Assembly (NCBI GenBank): GCA_039802265.1
Contig: JBDRWI010000008.1
Coordinates: forward strand, 1 to 50,768
Source of the DNA: a candidate division WOR-3 bacterium
GTDB lineage: Bacteria; Hydrothermota; Tepidihabitantia; SM23-42; JAOAFX01
Reading direction: 5' to 3'
Length of the DNA: 50,768 nt
The position numbers were made by a program, and so were the translations under genes. Under the pieces are notes generated by a model that made no database searches, was not told the origin of the DNA, and was given only the letters and a program-made list of their open reading frames with translations. This document shows, in pieces, positions 37,919-48,421 of this stretch. Positions within the stretch are counted from its first letter, which is position 1, and every line of letters starts with the position of its first letter.

Positions 37919-39373
37919 ATGCCCTGGCATGGTGAGCTCATTAAGATTGATGATTACCGTTACAAAATTCCGAGGTCATATAAATCCGGTATGAAAACCG
38001 ATGGTATCATCTATGCCTCAGAAAGGATGCTTGAAAAGATTAAAGAGGATGAGGCACCTGAGCAGGTCGCCAATGTCGCAACCCTGCCGGGGATTGTCGG
38101 TTACTCTTTGGCAATGCCCGATATCCACTGGGGATACGGCTTTGCCATTGGGGGAGTTGCCGCATTTGACATAAAGACCGGCATCATCTCACCAGGTGGT
38201 GTCGGCTATGATATTAACTGTGGAGTCAGGATTTTAAGAACCAATTTAAAATATGATGATATTAAAGATAAAATAAAAGAACTCATCCGTGCCCTTTTTG
38301 AAAATGTCCCATCCGGCGTCGGGTCTACCGGAAAAATAAGGATTGACGATAGTGAAGTGAAGGAAGTTTTGCTCTATGGTGCCCAATGGGCATTGAAGAA
38401 GGGATTTGGCTGGAATCAGGATATTGAAAGGATAGAAGAAAAGGGGATGCTCAAGGGTGCAAATCCGGATAAGGTATCAAGGAGGGCAATTGAAAGGGGC
38501 AGACCGCAACTCGGCACCCTCGGCGCCGGAAATCACTTCTTAGAAATCCAGGTTGTTCAGAATATATTTGATAAAGAGGCGGCAAAGGTGATGGGGATAT
38601 ATGAAACCGGGCAGGTCACGGTAATGATTCATACGGGTTCAAGGGGACTTGGTTATCAAATCTGTGATGATAATGTAAAGACCCTGGGCAATGCAGTGCG
38701 GAAGTATGGAATTGAGATTCCGGACCGACAGCTCGCCTGTGCACCTATTGAATCACCCGAGGGTAAATCATACTTTGAACAGATGGCCTGTGCTGCAAAC
38801 TATGCCTGGGCAAATCGCCAGTGTATTATGCACTGGGTAAGGGAGGCATTTGAAAAGGTTTTGAAGAAAAAGGCAGAAGACCTGGGTATGGAATTAATCT
38901 ATGATGTTGCCCATAATATTGCCAAGTTTGAAGAACATAAGATAGATGGCGAAATAAAGAAGGTATGTGTCCACAGAAAAGGGGCAACCAGGGCGTTTGT
39001 TGCCGGACACAAGGATGTACCTGAGATATATAAAAAGGTCGGCCAACCAGTATTGATTCCGGGCGATATGGGAACCCATTCTTATCTATTATTGGGAACG
39101 GAAAGGGCAATGCAGGAGACATTTGGCTCAACCTGCCATGGTGCAGGCAGGCTCCTTTCCCGGACAAAGGCACTGGAGGTAACAAAGGGAAGGAAGATTG
39201 ACCGGGAACTTGCCGAAAAGGGAATCTATGTCCTCTGTGCCTCAAGTGAGGTATTGAGAGAAGAGGTTCCTGAGGCATATAAAGATATTGACATGGTAGT
39301 TGAGGCAGTGGACGGTGCCGGTATTTCCAAAAAGGTGGCAAGGATGAGACCCCTGGGTGTGGTGAAGGGATAA
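37919..39373 (+). CDS. rtcB: RNA ligase RtcB (archaeal-like long form)
   Basis: MPDIHWGYGF, GYDINCG, GNHFLE, IHTGSRG, HNIAK, HRKGATR and HGAGR. Promoter TTGACA-17-TATAAT and GGGAGG SD. Confidence 0.97.
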   Translation: MPWHGELIKIDDYRYKIPRSYKSGMKTDGIIYASERMLEKIKEDEAPEQVANVATLPGIVGYSLAMPDIHWGYGFAIGGVAAFDIKTGIISPGGVGYDINCGVRILRTNLKYDDIKDKIKELIRALFENVPSGVGSTGKIRIDDSEVKEVLLYGAQWALKKGFGWNQDIERIEEKGMLKGANPDKVSRRAIERGRPQLGTLGAGNHFLEIQVVQNIFDKEAAKVMGIYETGQVTVMIHTGSRGLGYQICDDNVKTLGNAVRKYGIEIPDRQLACAPIESPEGKSYFEQMACAANYAWANRQCIMHWVREAFEKVLKKKAEDLGMELIYDVAHNIAKFEEHKIDGEIKKVCVHRKGATRAFVAGHKDVPEIYKKVGQPVLIPGDMGTHSYLLLGTERAMQETFGSTCHGAGRLLSRTKALEVTKGRKIDRELAEKGIYVLCASSEVLREEVPEAYKDIDMVVEAVDGAGISKKVARMRPLGVVKG

Positions 39374-39404
39374 TATTGGTTAAATGGTTATAGATGAATA
39401 AAAA

Positions 39405-40769
39405 ATGATAAATAGATTAAAAAAAATGCTATCAAAATGTACCGGAGGTTATGCTGACCTTCGCTATGAGCTTAAAACCGAGACAAAAATCGTCATCTCC
39501 GGTAAAGAAATCATCGAGGTGAGTTCCTGTCCAACCGACGGATTTGTCTTAAGATTGTTAAAGAATCGTGCCCTTGCCTGTGTTACATTCACCAAAGAGA
39601 AGGAATTTGCCCGGGCATTAAGAATTGCCCTGAGTAATGTCCGGGTTCTTGCTAAAAATCAGAATATTCCCGTTGAATTTGCCAGGGTCCCGATAGTCAA
39701 AGACCGATTTATTCCGGAATTGAATGAGGACCCTACGCGAATAGACATAGAAGCAAAGATTGCCCTCCTAAGGCACTATAACGAAATTCCCTACCAGAAT
39801 AAAAATATAATCCACACTGATCTGGTTTATAATGAAGTAGTAAGAGAAAAATTCTATGCTAATACCGAGGGAAGTGAAGTTTTTGAGAAACTCGTAACCA
39901 CCCGTATTGCCGGAACAATTATGGCTGGCGATGGCAGTCTCATTCAATCAATCCGAGTGGGAATCGGCGGCAGTAATGGCTTTGCAATTTTACAGAATCG
40001 TGAAGATGAATTCATAAATAAGACAAAACTTGTGGGTGATTTATTAACCGCAGAGCCCGTATCGGGTGGAGTGTATAATGTCATCCTCAACCAGAATCTT
40101 GCCGGTGTATTCACGCACGAGGCATTTGGACACTTCTCTGAGGCAGATTTGATTGAAAATAATCCAACAATGAGAAAAAAAATGGCGCTCGGCGCCCGAC
40201 TCGGGACCGAGATACTGAATATAATTGATGACCCTACAATTCCAGGACAGCTCGGTTTTTATAAATATGATGACGAGGGTGTTATGACCCAGCCTGTCCA
40301 ATTATTAAAAAACGGTATTCTGGTAGGAAGGCTCCATTCCCGGCAGACTGCCGCGGCTTTCAACGAACCACCAAATGGCCACTGTGTTGCTGAAGATTAT
40401 CGCTTCCCACCGATAATCCGGATGGGTACAATATTCATTCAGCCCGCGGATAATTCCCTTGAAGAATTGCTCTCAATGCTCGGAAGCGGCTTATATCTCT
40501 GCGATGCAATGGGTGGACAGACAAGTGGAGAAAATTTTACCTTTGCTGCACAATATGGCTATATTGTGGAAAATGGCAGGATTACAAAGATGGTCCGTGA
40601 TATAAATATTTCCGGGAATCTCTACCAGACCCTCAATAACATCCAGGCCGTTGGCAGTGACCTTAAACTGGGAGAAGTTGGTGGCTGTGGAAAGGGTCAG
40701 TTGAACATTCGCTCCTGTTATGGTGCCCCCCATATTCTTCTCAAGGACGCAGTTATCGGAGGCAGATGA
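39405..40769 (+). CDS. tldD: TldD family metalloprotease
   Basis: HEAFGHFSEAD zinc motif, YDDEGV, C-terminal GCGK. Confidence 0.92.
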   Translation: MINRLKKMLSKCTGGYADLRYELKTETKIVISGKEIIEVSSCPTDGFVLRLLKNRALACVTFTKEKEFARALRIALSNVRVLAKNQNIPVEFARVPIVKDRFIPELNEDPTRIDIEAKIALLRHYNEIPYQNKNIIHTDLVYNEVVREKFYANTEGSEVFEKLVTTRIAGTIMAGDGSLIQSIRVGIGGSNGFAILQNREDEFINKTKLVGDLLTAEPVSGGVYNVILNQNLAGVFTHEAFGHFSEADLIENNPTMRKKMALGARLGTEILNIIDDPTIPGQLGFYKYDDEGVMTQPVQLLKNGILVGRLHSRQTAAAFNEPPNGHCVAEDYRFPPIIRMGTIFIQPADNSLEELLSMLGSGLYLCDAMGGQTSGENFTFAAQYGYIVENGRITKMVRDINISGNLYQTLNNIQAVGSDLKLGEVGGCGKGQLNIRSCYGAPHILLKDAVIGGR

Positions 40770-42082
40770 AAGAAAAATTAATAAAGGCAGTAAAAAGAAA
40801 GGTTGATAAGGCAGAAGTTTACTATTACCGTGCAAATATAAATTCTGTCCAGTATGAAAATGGTAAATTGAGTCAATTAGAAGGTTCCATCCAGTCTGGT
40901 TATTCGCTGAGGATTATAAAAAATAGAAGATTGGGGTTTGCCTATACCAAAAATCTCATCAGTCCCCAAGCGCTTATTAACAGTGCCCTCGAATCATTAA
41001 AGGCGAATAATTTAACAGACCTTGATTTTCCTGCCACTAAAAAGGTCCGGAGGATAGATACCTATAATTCTGCCATTGAAAAGGTAGATTGTGAAAAGGT
41101 TGTGCGAGAATGTAAAAGAATTACAAGCCTCATTCAGGAAGAGGTCAAGGCAAAGATTGATGTATCTGCCGTCTTCGGAGTAGTTGAGATAAATATTTTC
41201 AATACAAATGGCGCCAATTTACGTAGCAGGTCTTCATTCTATCGTTTGTTATGTAACATTATTCTTCCCGATACTGCTGCCGGTTTCTATCATAGCCACT
41301 TTGACAAAACCTTTTCCAAAGTTCCCCAAAAGGAAATCCAAAAATTGATCTCCATCTATAAGAAGGCATTACCCGAAAGGAAACTTGAAAGTGGGCGTAT
41401 GAAGGTTCTATTCCTGCCCGAGACCCTCTATACCTTCCTCTGGCGACTGGCAAGTGGAACCAATGGTGCAAATATTTATTATAAAAAATCACCGCTTGTA
41501 AATAAAATCGGGGAGAAAATTTTCAGTGAAAAATTAACAATCTATGACGACCCCCTGAATGACCGATACCCCCTTGCCCGTGCCTTTGATGACGAAGGGA
41601 CTCCAACAAGAAGATTGGTAATCGTTGAAAAAGGAATATTAAAAAACCATTATTATGACCTCTATTTTGCCGACAAGATGAAAAATAATTCAACCGGCAA
41701 TGGCTATAAGGGCACAATGTGGGGTGGAGAGTTTGCCTCGTTAAAACCAAACCCCCAATTGGAACACATCATTATAGAACCGGGGACAAAGAGCCTTGAA
41801 GAATTGATTGGTCTGATGGACAAGGGTTTGATTGTTGCTGGTGTCTTGGGTGCCCACAGCGGGAATATACCCAATGGAGACTTTTCTGTAGGAATTGCCC
41901 CGGGTCTTTATGTTGAAAAAGGCAATATTTTGGGTCGGGTTAAGAATACAATGATTGCTGGAAATATCTATGAGATAATGAAAAATGTCGTGGAGGTTGA
42001 AAATAGACTTCATCCGGTATTTATGTTTGGGAAGGCTCTGCCAGCAATCCTGTTTGATGACTTGATGGTCGTGAGTTCATAA
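40766..42082 (+). CDS. pmbA: PmbA/TldE family protein
   Basis: FDDEG, STGNG, GDFS; no HExxxH motif; ATGA overlap with tldD. Confidence 0.88.
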   Translation: MKEKLIKAVKRKVDKAEVYYYRANINSVQYENGKLSQLEGSIQSGYSLRIIKNRRLGFAYTKNLISPQALINSALESLKANNLTDLDFPATKKVRRIDTYNSAIEKVDCEKVVRECKRITSLIQEEVKAKIDVSAVFGVVEINIFNTNGANLRSRSSFYRLLCNIILPDTAAGFYHSHFDKTFSKVPQKEIQKLISIYKKALPERKLESGRMKVLFLPETLYTFLWRLASGTNGANIYYKKSPLVNKIGEKIFSEKLTIYDDPLNDRYPLARAFDDEGTPTRRLVIVEKGILKNHYYDLYFADKMKNNSTGNGYKGTMWGGEFASLKPNPQLEHIIIEPGTKSLEELIGLMDKGLIVAGVLGAHSGNIPNGDFSVGIAPGLYVEKGNILGRVKNTMIAGNIYEIMKNVVEVENRLHPVFMFGKALPAILFDDLMVVSS

Positions 42083-42130
42083 TAAAATAAATTTTTTATC
42101 ACACCGTTGAATCAGAATAATTGCAATTTT

Positions 42131-43900
42131 ATGGCTGGTTTATCGGAAAAGATACTCCAGGCGCCAAACTTACCTGGTGTATATATCTACAAAAATTCAA
42201 AAAATAAACCTTTATACATCGGCAAGGCAAAAGACTTAAAGAATCGCCTGACTTCTTATCTCAATAATCCTGAACCCCGTATCCGCTCAATCATTGCCAA
42301 TGCCGTTGATATTGATATCATCCTAACGAACTCTGATACTGAAGCATTGACCCTTGAAGAATCTTTGATAAAACTCCACAAGCCAAAATACAATATAAGA
42401 CTGAAGGATGATAAAAAATTCCCTTATCTGAAGATTACCATAAACGAAGAATATCCCAGGGTCCTCTTCACCAGAAATTTAAAACCGGATGGTTCGCTTA
42501 TCTTCGGACCCTATACCAGTGCCCGGGCATTACGCCAGACAAGGGATGCCCTGTGTAAGATTTTCAAACTTGCCTCCTGTAATAAAGACTTCTCTAAACC
42601 CCTTCCCCGGCCGTGCCTTGAATATTCACTGGGTAGATGTAGTGCGCCCTGCACCAGACAGATAACCAAAGAGGAATACCGGAACTTTGTTCAAAAGGCA
42701 ATAAAGTTTCTTAAAGGTGAATCCGATGAACTGACCCGGGCGATTGAAAAACGGATGTGGGAGTGTGCAGAAAAAGAAAATTTTGAAGCGGCAGGAATTC
42801 TGCGCGATGAACTCTTTGCAATTAGAAGGATTACCCAGCGTCAGCAGATAGTCACCAGTGATGGAATAAATCGTGACATAATTGGAATTGCCCGAAGCGG
42901 AATCCATTGTACCTGTTGTCTCTTCAGAATCAGAGAAAATCGCCTTATATCAAAGGAGGTCTATCATCTAAGGATACCACCGGTTGAAACCGAAGCCTAC
43001 ATCATCTCGGCATTCATTCGTTTGATCTATACCCATATATCCTTTTTACCGGAGGAGATAGTTGTTGCAACCGAACCGATAGACTGGGAGATTCAGCAGA
43101 GGTGGTTTCAGGAAAAGGGAATTAATATGAAACTCAATTTCGGTGCAAAATCTGAGATAAAGAACCTCCTTGACTGGGCAACCAGAAATGCCGAGACCGA
43201 ACTCGCGGGTGTGGTAATAAAGAAAAAGACGCCATCGGCAATCCTTGAACTCCAGAATATCCTCCAACTGGAAAAACCACCAAGGTTGATTGAGGCATTT
43301 GACATCTCAAACCTGAAAGAGAAGTTTGCGGTCGGTGCATCAGTGGCATTTCGTGACGGCAAACCTTTCAAACAGCGCTATCGCCGTTACAAAATAAAAA
43401 GAGTTTCCGGCCAGAATGACTTTGCAATGATTCAGGAGATTGTTCAGCGCCGGATTACTGATATAAAAGAGTCAAAGGAACTGCCCGACATACTGCTCAT
43501 TGATGGTGGAAAGTCACAGCAAAATGCAGCAATTATGGCAATAAAAGAAGTCAACCTACCCTTACCGGTCTTTGCCATTGCCAAAAGGAGTGACCAGTTA
43601 TATTATCCTGATGGTCGGATTATATCCATCCCCACCCTGTCACGGAGCATTGTATTATTAAAGAGAATTCGCGATGAGGCACATCGCTTCGCCATTGGAT
43701 ACCACAGAAAATTACGCGCTAAGGTTATTACACAGTCAGTCCTTGATACAATCCCAGGTATCGGCAAAAAGCGCAAGATAATCCTCTTAAATCACTTCGG
43801 GAGTATTGAGGCAATAAAAAAAGCCAGTGAAGACGATATTGCCAGGATTCCGAAAATAGGCAAAAGGATTGCCCGGATAATATACGAATCCCTCCATTGA
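42131..43900 (+). CDS. uvrC: Excinuclease ABC subunit C
   Basis: PGVY...YIGKAKDLKNRL GIY-YIG domain, IEAFDIS, LLIDGGK, IRDEAHRFA and HhH motifs. Confidence 0.97.
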   Translation: MAGLSEKILQAPNLPGVYIYKNSKNKPLYIGKAKDLKNRLTSYLNNPEPRIRSIIANAVDIDIILTNSDTEALTLEESLIKLHKPKYNIRLKDDKKFPYLKITINEEYPRVLFTRNLKPDGSLIFGPYTSARALRQTRDALCKIFKLASCNKDFSKPLPRPCLEYSLGRCSAPCTRQITKEEYRNFVQKAIKFLKGESDELTRAIEKRMWECAEKENFEAAGILRDELFAIRRITQRQQIVTSDGINRDIIGIARSGIHCTCCLFRIRENRLISKEVYHLRIPPVETEAYIISAFIRLIYTHISFLPEEIVVATEPIDWEIQQRWFQEKGINMKLNFGAKSEIKNLLDWATRNAETELAGVVIKKKTPSAILELQNILQLEKPPRLIEAFDISNLKEKFAVGASVAFRDGKPFKQRYRRYKIKRVSGQNDFAMIQEIVQRRITDIKESKELPDILLIDGGKSQQNAAIMAIKEVNLPLPVFAIAKRSDQLYYPDGRIISIPTLSRSIVLLKRIRDEAHRFAIGYHRKLRAKVITQSVLDTIPGIGKKRKIILLNHFGSIEAIKKASEDDIARIPKIGKRIARIIYESLH

Positions 43901-43967
43901 ACAATAATCCAATGCGGTTAGCCATTTTGGGACTTTGGCGCATAACTCTTTCTTCATTGCGCGCCGG

Positions 43968-44239
43968 CTATTTCAGATATATTACTTCCTTTGTCATTGT
44001 GTTGATTCCGTCTTTGACTGAAACAAAATAGACGCCGGCGGGAAGTTTGTGGCCAGTATTATCGTCAACAAACCATATAATCTGATTAAAAAGTTAAATG
44101 GTTAAATTCTCTGTCTTGCAGTCTCTCTCTCGGTCTCAGTTTTCTCTATCGGTGTATATCAATAGACTATTGTATCATTATTGCCAGAAATTACAATTTC
44201 ATCTGGGTCATTGCCATCAATATCATCTCTGATGATACG
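43968..44239 (-). pseudogene. C-terminal remnant of an FG-GAP-like, CTD-bearing secreted protein
   Basis: Fragments DDIDGNDPDEIVISGNNDTIVY*YTPIEK and NQIIWFVDDNTGHKLPAGVYFVSVKDGINTMTKEVIYLK*; no start codon, internal stop. Confidence 0.65.
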
Positions 44240-45436
44240 CTACTTTACGATTATTACCTTCTTATAACAAAGTCCATTATTGTTATAGAGGATAAAATAG
44301 ACACCGCTGTTTAATAAGCATACATTATTGACCGCTCTGCCGTTTATATCATATAATCTACCATTGATTCTTTTCAAAAACTGACCAATATCTTTTAGGT
44401 GGCTTGGAATTTTATTTGAAAAGAACTTTTTTTCACCTTCCTCAACTGATGGTCCGGGAATCGTAACCATCATACTATCCTTGGCCTCATTTCCCGCAGC
44501 ATCCCATGCCTTCACAATAATCCAGTAATTGCCCGGTGTAAGGCCATTTGTATTCCAGGAATATGCGGCGTCTGTAGCTTCAATCAGGCTATCACCATCG
44601 GTATTGGTAACGATGAAGTAGTAGTCACGATACTCGTAATCTCCCCTTGAATCACAAATTGCATCGTCTTTATATACTACACCTATATTGTTTGTATAAT
44701 AGAGATAACCTTTAAAGAGAAATGAAAGTTTTTCCGGAAAATTCACCGGACCGTGAATTTCATAGGATATACCAAGGGGAATCATCCGTTCCCAGACCGG
44801 ATATTGCGGCAATGGAATACCGGTCTTGTCGTATATCTTGGCGATAATATCAACCGCTCCGGTTACATTATCAGGATTCAAGTAGGTGTTTGTATTGTTC
44901 TGGCAGAGGGCAAATTTGTAACTACCATAGGCATTCTCAAAGACCGGTTTTGCAGTATCATCATAGGGGGTAATTATTACAAGGGGATTCTGGACAAATG
45001 CCCAGTCTGCATACTGCCAGACTGCCCCGATGTCCTTAATCCGGGCAAAGTGGCAGTGGTCAAAACCACTAACCGGCCAGGGTACAAGGTAGCCTATTAA
45101 ATCTCCCGCATTTACCGTATCACCGATATCCTTGTGGTATTGATTGGGGTCAATGTGGGCATAGAGCCAGGCTTCAACCGAGTCATTGGCGATATTGGTA
45201 TCAGCAATTGCCAGCCGCCAGTGGTATTCACCACTGGTTGTTAACCATGCCTTAACAAAACCCCGTTGAACCGCATAGACAGGTTTACCAATATCCATAC
45301 CCATCACATCAATTCCCGGATGCATGTAAGGCCAGCCACCATAATCCTGAAATTCACCCCAATTATTTCCTAATGGATGGGTGGAATTCTGCGGGGCAAG
45401 CGGCCAGCCGATTTCAAAAAGAAAAAGGATAATCAT
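44240..45436 (-). CDS. M23-like metallopeptidase domain protein with C-terminal sorting-like domain
   Basis: HPGID (HxxxD), YAHID and DHCHF (HxH); KAWDAAGN Ig-like segment; LYDINGR...SGVYFI...KKVIIVK tail. Confidence 0.75.
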   Translation of the reverse strand: MIILFLFEIGWPLAPQNSTHPLGNNWGEFQDYGGWPYMHPGIDVMGMDIGKPVYAVQRGFVKAWLTTSGEYHWRLAIADTNIANDSVEAWLYAHIDPNQYHKDIGDTVNAGDLIGYLVPWPVSGFDHCHFARIKDIGAVWQYADWAFVQNPLVIITPYDDTAKPVFENAYGSYKFALCQNNTNTYLNPDNVTGAVDIIAKIYDKTGIPLPQYPVWERMIPLGISYEIHGPVNFPEKLSFLFKGYLYYTNNIGVVYKDDAICDSRGDYEYRDYYFIVTNTDGDSLIEATDAAYSWNTNGLTPGNYWIIVKAWDAAGNEAKDSMMVTIPGPSVEEGEKKFFSNKIPSHLKDIGQFLKRINGRLYDINGRAVNNVCLLNSGVYFILYNNNGLCYKKVIIVK

Positions 45437-46044
45437 CTCTCTTCTATCACTTCACCGGTTTCAAAATCATAAAAAAGACTGTCCCCTGCCATCTTTACCT
45501 GCACAAGATTACCATCCGACGAGAAGTTGATAGCCCGGATATAGGGTGATTCAACTAACCGGATAAATTTTAGCCTCCCCTCTTCGTAAAAGGAGAGTGT
45601 ATCATTTGATACGACGCAAACCCGCTTACCCATTTCAGTGCTGGCAAATAATCTACCGGGGGTAAATTGGTAGCGCAACTTGCCGGAGATTGTAAATCCA
45701 TAAATACCATTACGGTCCGAGACAAAAAACAGTGTATTATCGGGCGAAAAGCCAAAACCATTGGGATAATCAAGTGGCAATATTTCTTCAATATTGCCAT
45801 CAAGTCCATAAAGAAAGAGCTTTGTTTCATTTGTTGCAAATACCACACCCGAATCACTAACATAGAATGCTGTTGCTGCGGGATTTAAGATTGAATATAA
45901 CTTATGACCTTCTTTATTATAAAGGGTGAAAGAAGAGCAATGGAGTTCTGTTCCACCAGTATAAATGACCTCGCCAATAAATTCTTTATTAATGGATTCA
46001 ATAGTGAGCGTAAAGATTAAAAAACTCATTAACCCGGGCATCAT
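45433..46044 (-). CDS. Hypothetical secreted beta-propeller-like protein
   Basis: Signal-like N-terminus, VSDSG/FSPDN/FSSDG blade motifs; ATG 46044 follows TTGACT-16-TATATT-4; ATGA overlap with the M23-like gene. Confidence 0.65.
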   Translation of the reverse strand: MMPGLMSFLIFTLTIESINKEFIGEVIYTGGTELHCSSFTLYNKEGHKLYSILNPAATAFYVSDSGVVFATNETKLFLYGLDGNIEEILPLDYPNGFGFSPDNTLFFVSDRNGIYGFTISGKLRYQFTPGRLFASTEMGKRVCVVSNDTLSFYEEGRLKFIRLVESPYIRAINFSSDGNLVQVKMAGDSLFYDFETGEVIEER

Positions 46045-46141
46045 TTTTAATATAATAAAAAAAGAGAAAAAGTCAACAGAAAAGTTACACGGCAAAATTT
46101 TTATATTGACTATCTACCTTTTTTAGGTATTATTTATCATT

Positions 46142-47143
46142 ATGAAAAAGGGGAACGTCTTCAGTGGTATTCAACCTTCGGGAAGATTACATATTGCTAA
46201 TTACGCCAGTGCCATGCGCAATATGATCTCCCTTCAGGATGAATACCTTTGCATCTACGGAATTGTTGATTACCATGCAATGACCGTTCCATTTGAACCC
46301 GAAGAGATGGAACAGAGGATATTCAATTGTGCAGTTGACTATATTGCTGCCGGGATTGATCCACAAAAGAGTATCCTGATGCTCCAGTCTACAGTCTCAG
46401 AGCACACTGAACTTGCCTGGATATTAAATACAATAACGCCCATATCCTGGCTCACCCGGGTTCCCACATTTAAAGAAAAGAGGATGCAGAATCCCGACTA
46501 TGTAAATATGGGGCTCCTTGATTATCCGGTATTGATGGCCGCCGACATCATCCTCTATAAGGCAGTTGTTGTGCCGGTCGGAGATGACCAGTTGCCCCAT
46601 CTTGAATTGACAAGGGAGATTGTGCGGAGATTCAATTCATATTTTGGTGAAACCTTCCCGGAACCAAAGGAAAAACTGGCACCAGTCTCAAGGATATTAG
46701 GGCTTGATGGAGAGAAGAAGATGAGCAAATCGCTGGATAACTGTATCTATCTTGATGAGGAAAAAGAGGAAATCTGGAAGAAACTTTCAACTGCCGTGAC
46801 CGATACAAATCGTAAACGGAGACAGGACCCCGGCAATCCGGAAGTTTGTAATATCTTTACAATGCATAAGGCATTTTCACCCCAGAAGGATATTGATTAT
46901 TGTGCAACTGAATGTCGGCGGGCCGGCATTGGCTGCCTTGATTGTAAGAAAATTCTCTCCGAGAATATTTATAAGGAACTCGAACCCATTCAAATAAAAC
47001 AGAAAGAATTACGCAACCGGCGAGAATATATCTATGAGATTTTAGCTGATGGTAGGACAAGGGCAAAGGCAATCGCCCAAAAAACGATGGATGAAGTCTA
47101 CGAAAGACTCGGGATAAAAAGATTTCATGTCAGACCCAAATAA
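46142..47143 (+). CDS. trpS: Tryptophanyl-tRNA synthetase
   Basis: SGIQPSGRLHIANY, YPVLMAADI, VPVGDDQLPH, KMSKS. Confidence 0.98.
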   Translation: MKKGNVFSGIQPSGRLHIANYASAMRNMISLQDEYLCIYGIVDYHAMTVPFEPEEMEQRIFNCAVDYIAAGIDPQKSILMLQSTVSEHTELAWILNTITPISWLTRVPTFKEKRMQNPDYVNMGLLDYPVLMAADIILYKAVVVPVGDDQLPHLELTREIVRRFNSYFGETFPEPKEKLAPVSRILGLDGEKKMSKSLDNCIYLDEEKEEIWKKLSTAVTDTNRKRRQDPGNPEVCNIFTMHKAFSPQKDIDYCATECRRAGIGCLDCKKILSENIYKELEPIQIKQKELRNRREYIYEILADGRTRAKAIAQKTMDEVYERLGIKRFHVRPK

Positions 47144-47194
47144 GATTATTCACCGACGCGGGGGGAATGAGAGTGTCCACTATTTTTTGAGATA

Positions 47195-48421
47195 TTATCT
47201 GCCTGGAATTCGTTTTTCAATGAGACCCACAAGTTGTTCGGTTAAGTTTTTTCTTGTGTATTTTAAAAATGGATTTTCTGCCCTTTTGATTGTGCCACTT
47301 TTGTATCTGGCATATATTTCTGAAATTCGTTCTTTTATACCTTTTAAATCTCCATAGTTATAAACCCAGCCCGGATATCCCTTCTGGAAAGCCTCTTTTA
47401 AAATCCCTATCCCCGCTGAACTGCCACAGCAGATGATGGGCAGACCACTGGCAAGATACTCAATCTGCCTGGAAGGGAAGAAGAAGTCATCACCGGTGGT
47501 AATGAGAACCGCCAGATGAGCGGAGCAAAATTCTCTAATTGCCCGAGAATAAGAAAGGTAACCCAGGATGCGGACAAATGAATAACTCTTCATCAAGTCT
47601 AAAAATTCCCTATCAACATAGCCAATAAACTTCATCTCAATTGTCTCTTCAGGAATCTTCCTTTCTTTAATAAAATTATCCAATGCCCTCAGGATCACCT
47701 CTGGATTCCTCTCCCGGCGAATTGTCCCTAAATAGACGAGCGTAAATTTTTCAGGAGATGGCACCGATGGAAAGTCGTCAGGGTCATAGCCATTGGGAAT
47801 GACAAAAATTTTTTCTTCCAGTTGGGGAAAGCGGTTAACCAGCGCCTTTCTGATATTTTCGTTTACTACAATTATCAAATCGGCAATTTGGGTAACCTTA
47901 CCCTCCCAGTAAGAGACGAATCTTTTTTGAAGATAAATTTTATAGGGCATAAAGGGAAATTCAAGCCAGGCATCACGAAAGTCTAAAATCAAAGGTCTTT
48001 TGGTTTTCTTCTTTATAAGATAACCGGTGATGAAGGCACTGAAGGGCGGGGCAGTTACAAAGATAAAATCAAAGGAAATCTTCAAACCCGCATTATATGC
48101 GAATGGAATCCAGCCAATTTTGTTATCTGGGAAGTTTAGGATACTCTTTATTGGCCTTTCCCATTTATGCGGCTTGTATTGATGTTTACCAATAAGATAA
48201 AGAATCCTTGCTGGATCAAACGATTCAGTCCGGTAAATCCTTAATCCCTTGAGGTCTTTACCCAGTTCCTGATCCGGAGAGTGGTAGGCGATATCCTTGC
48301 GGGTAAGGATTATTGGCTCAAACCCATAATCGGGAAGATACTTTGCAAATTTTACCGGTCTCAAAGAGCCCGGACCACCACACGGCGGCCAGTAATAAGT
48401 GAGGAGAAGAATTTTTCTCAT
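47195..48421 (-). CDS. Glycosyltransferase family 4-like protein
   Basis: LLTYYWPP.GG.G..R, LDFRDAW, IPNGYD, EYLASGLPI. Confidence 0.88.
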   Translation of the reverse strand: MRKILLLTYYWPPCGGPGSLRPVKFAKYLPDYGFEPIILTRKDIAYHSPDQELGKDLKGLRIYRTESFDPARILYLIGKHQYKPHKWERPIKSILNFPDNKIGWIPFAYNAGLKISFDFIFVTAPPFSAFITGYLIKKKTKRPLILDFRDAWLEFPFMPYKIYLQKRFVSYWEGKVTQIADLIIVVNENIRKALVNRFPQLEEKIFVIPNGYDPDDFPSVPSPEKFTLVYLGTIRRERNPEVILRALDNFIKERKIPEETIEMKFIGYVDREFLDLMKSYSFVRILGYLSYSRAIREFCSAHLAVLITTGDDFFFPSRQIEYLASGLPIICCGSSAGIGILKEAFQKGYPGWVYNYGDLKGIKERISEIYARYKSGTIKRAENPFLKYTRKNLTEQLVGLIEKRIPGR

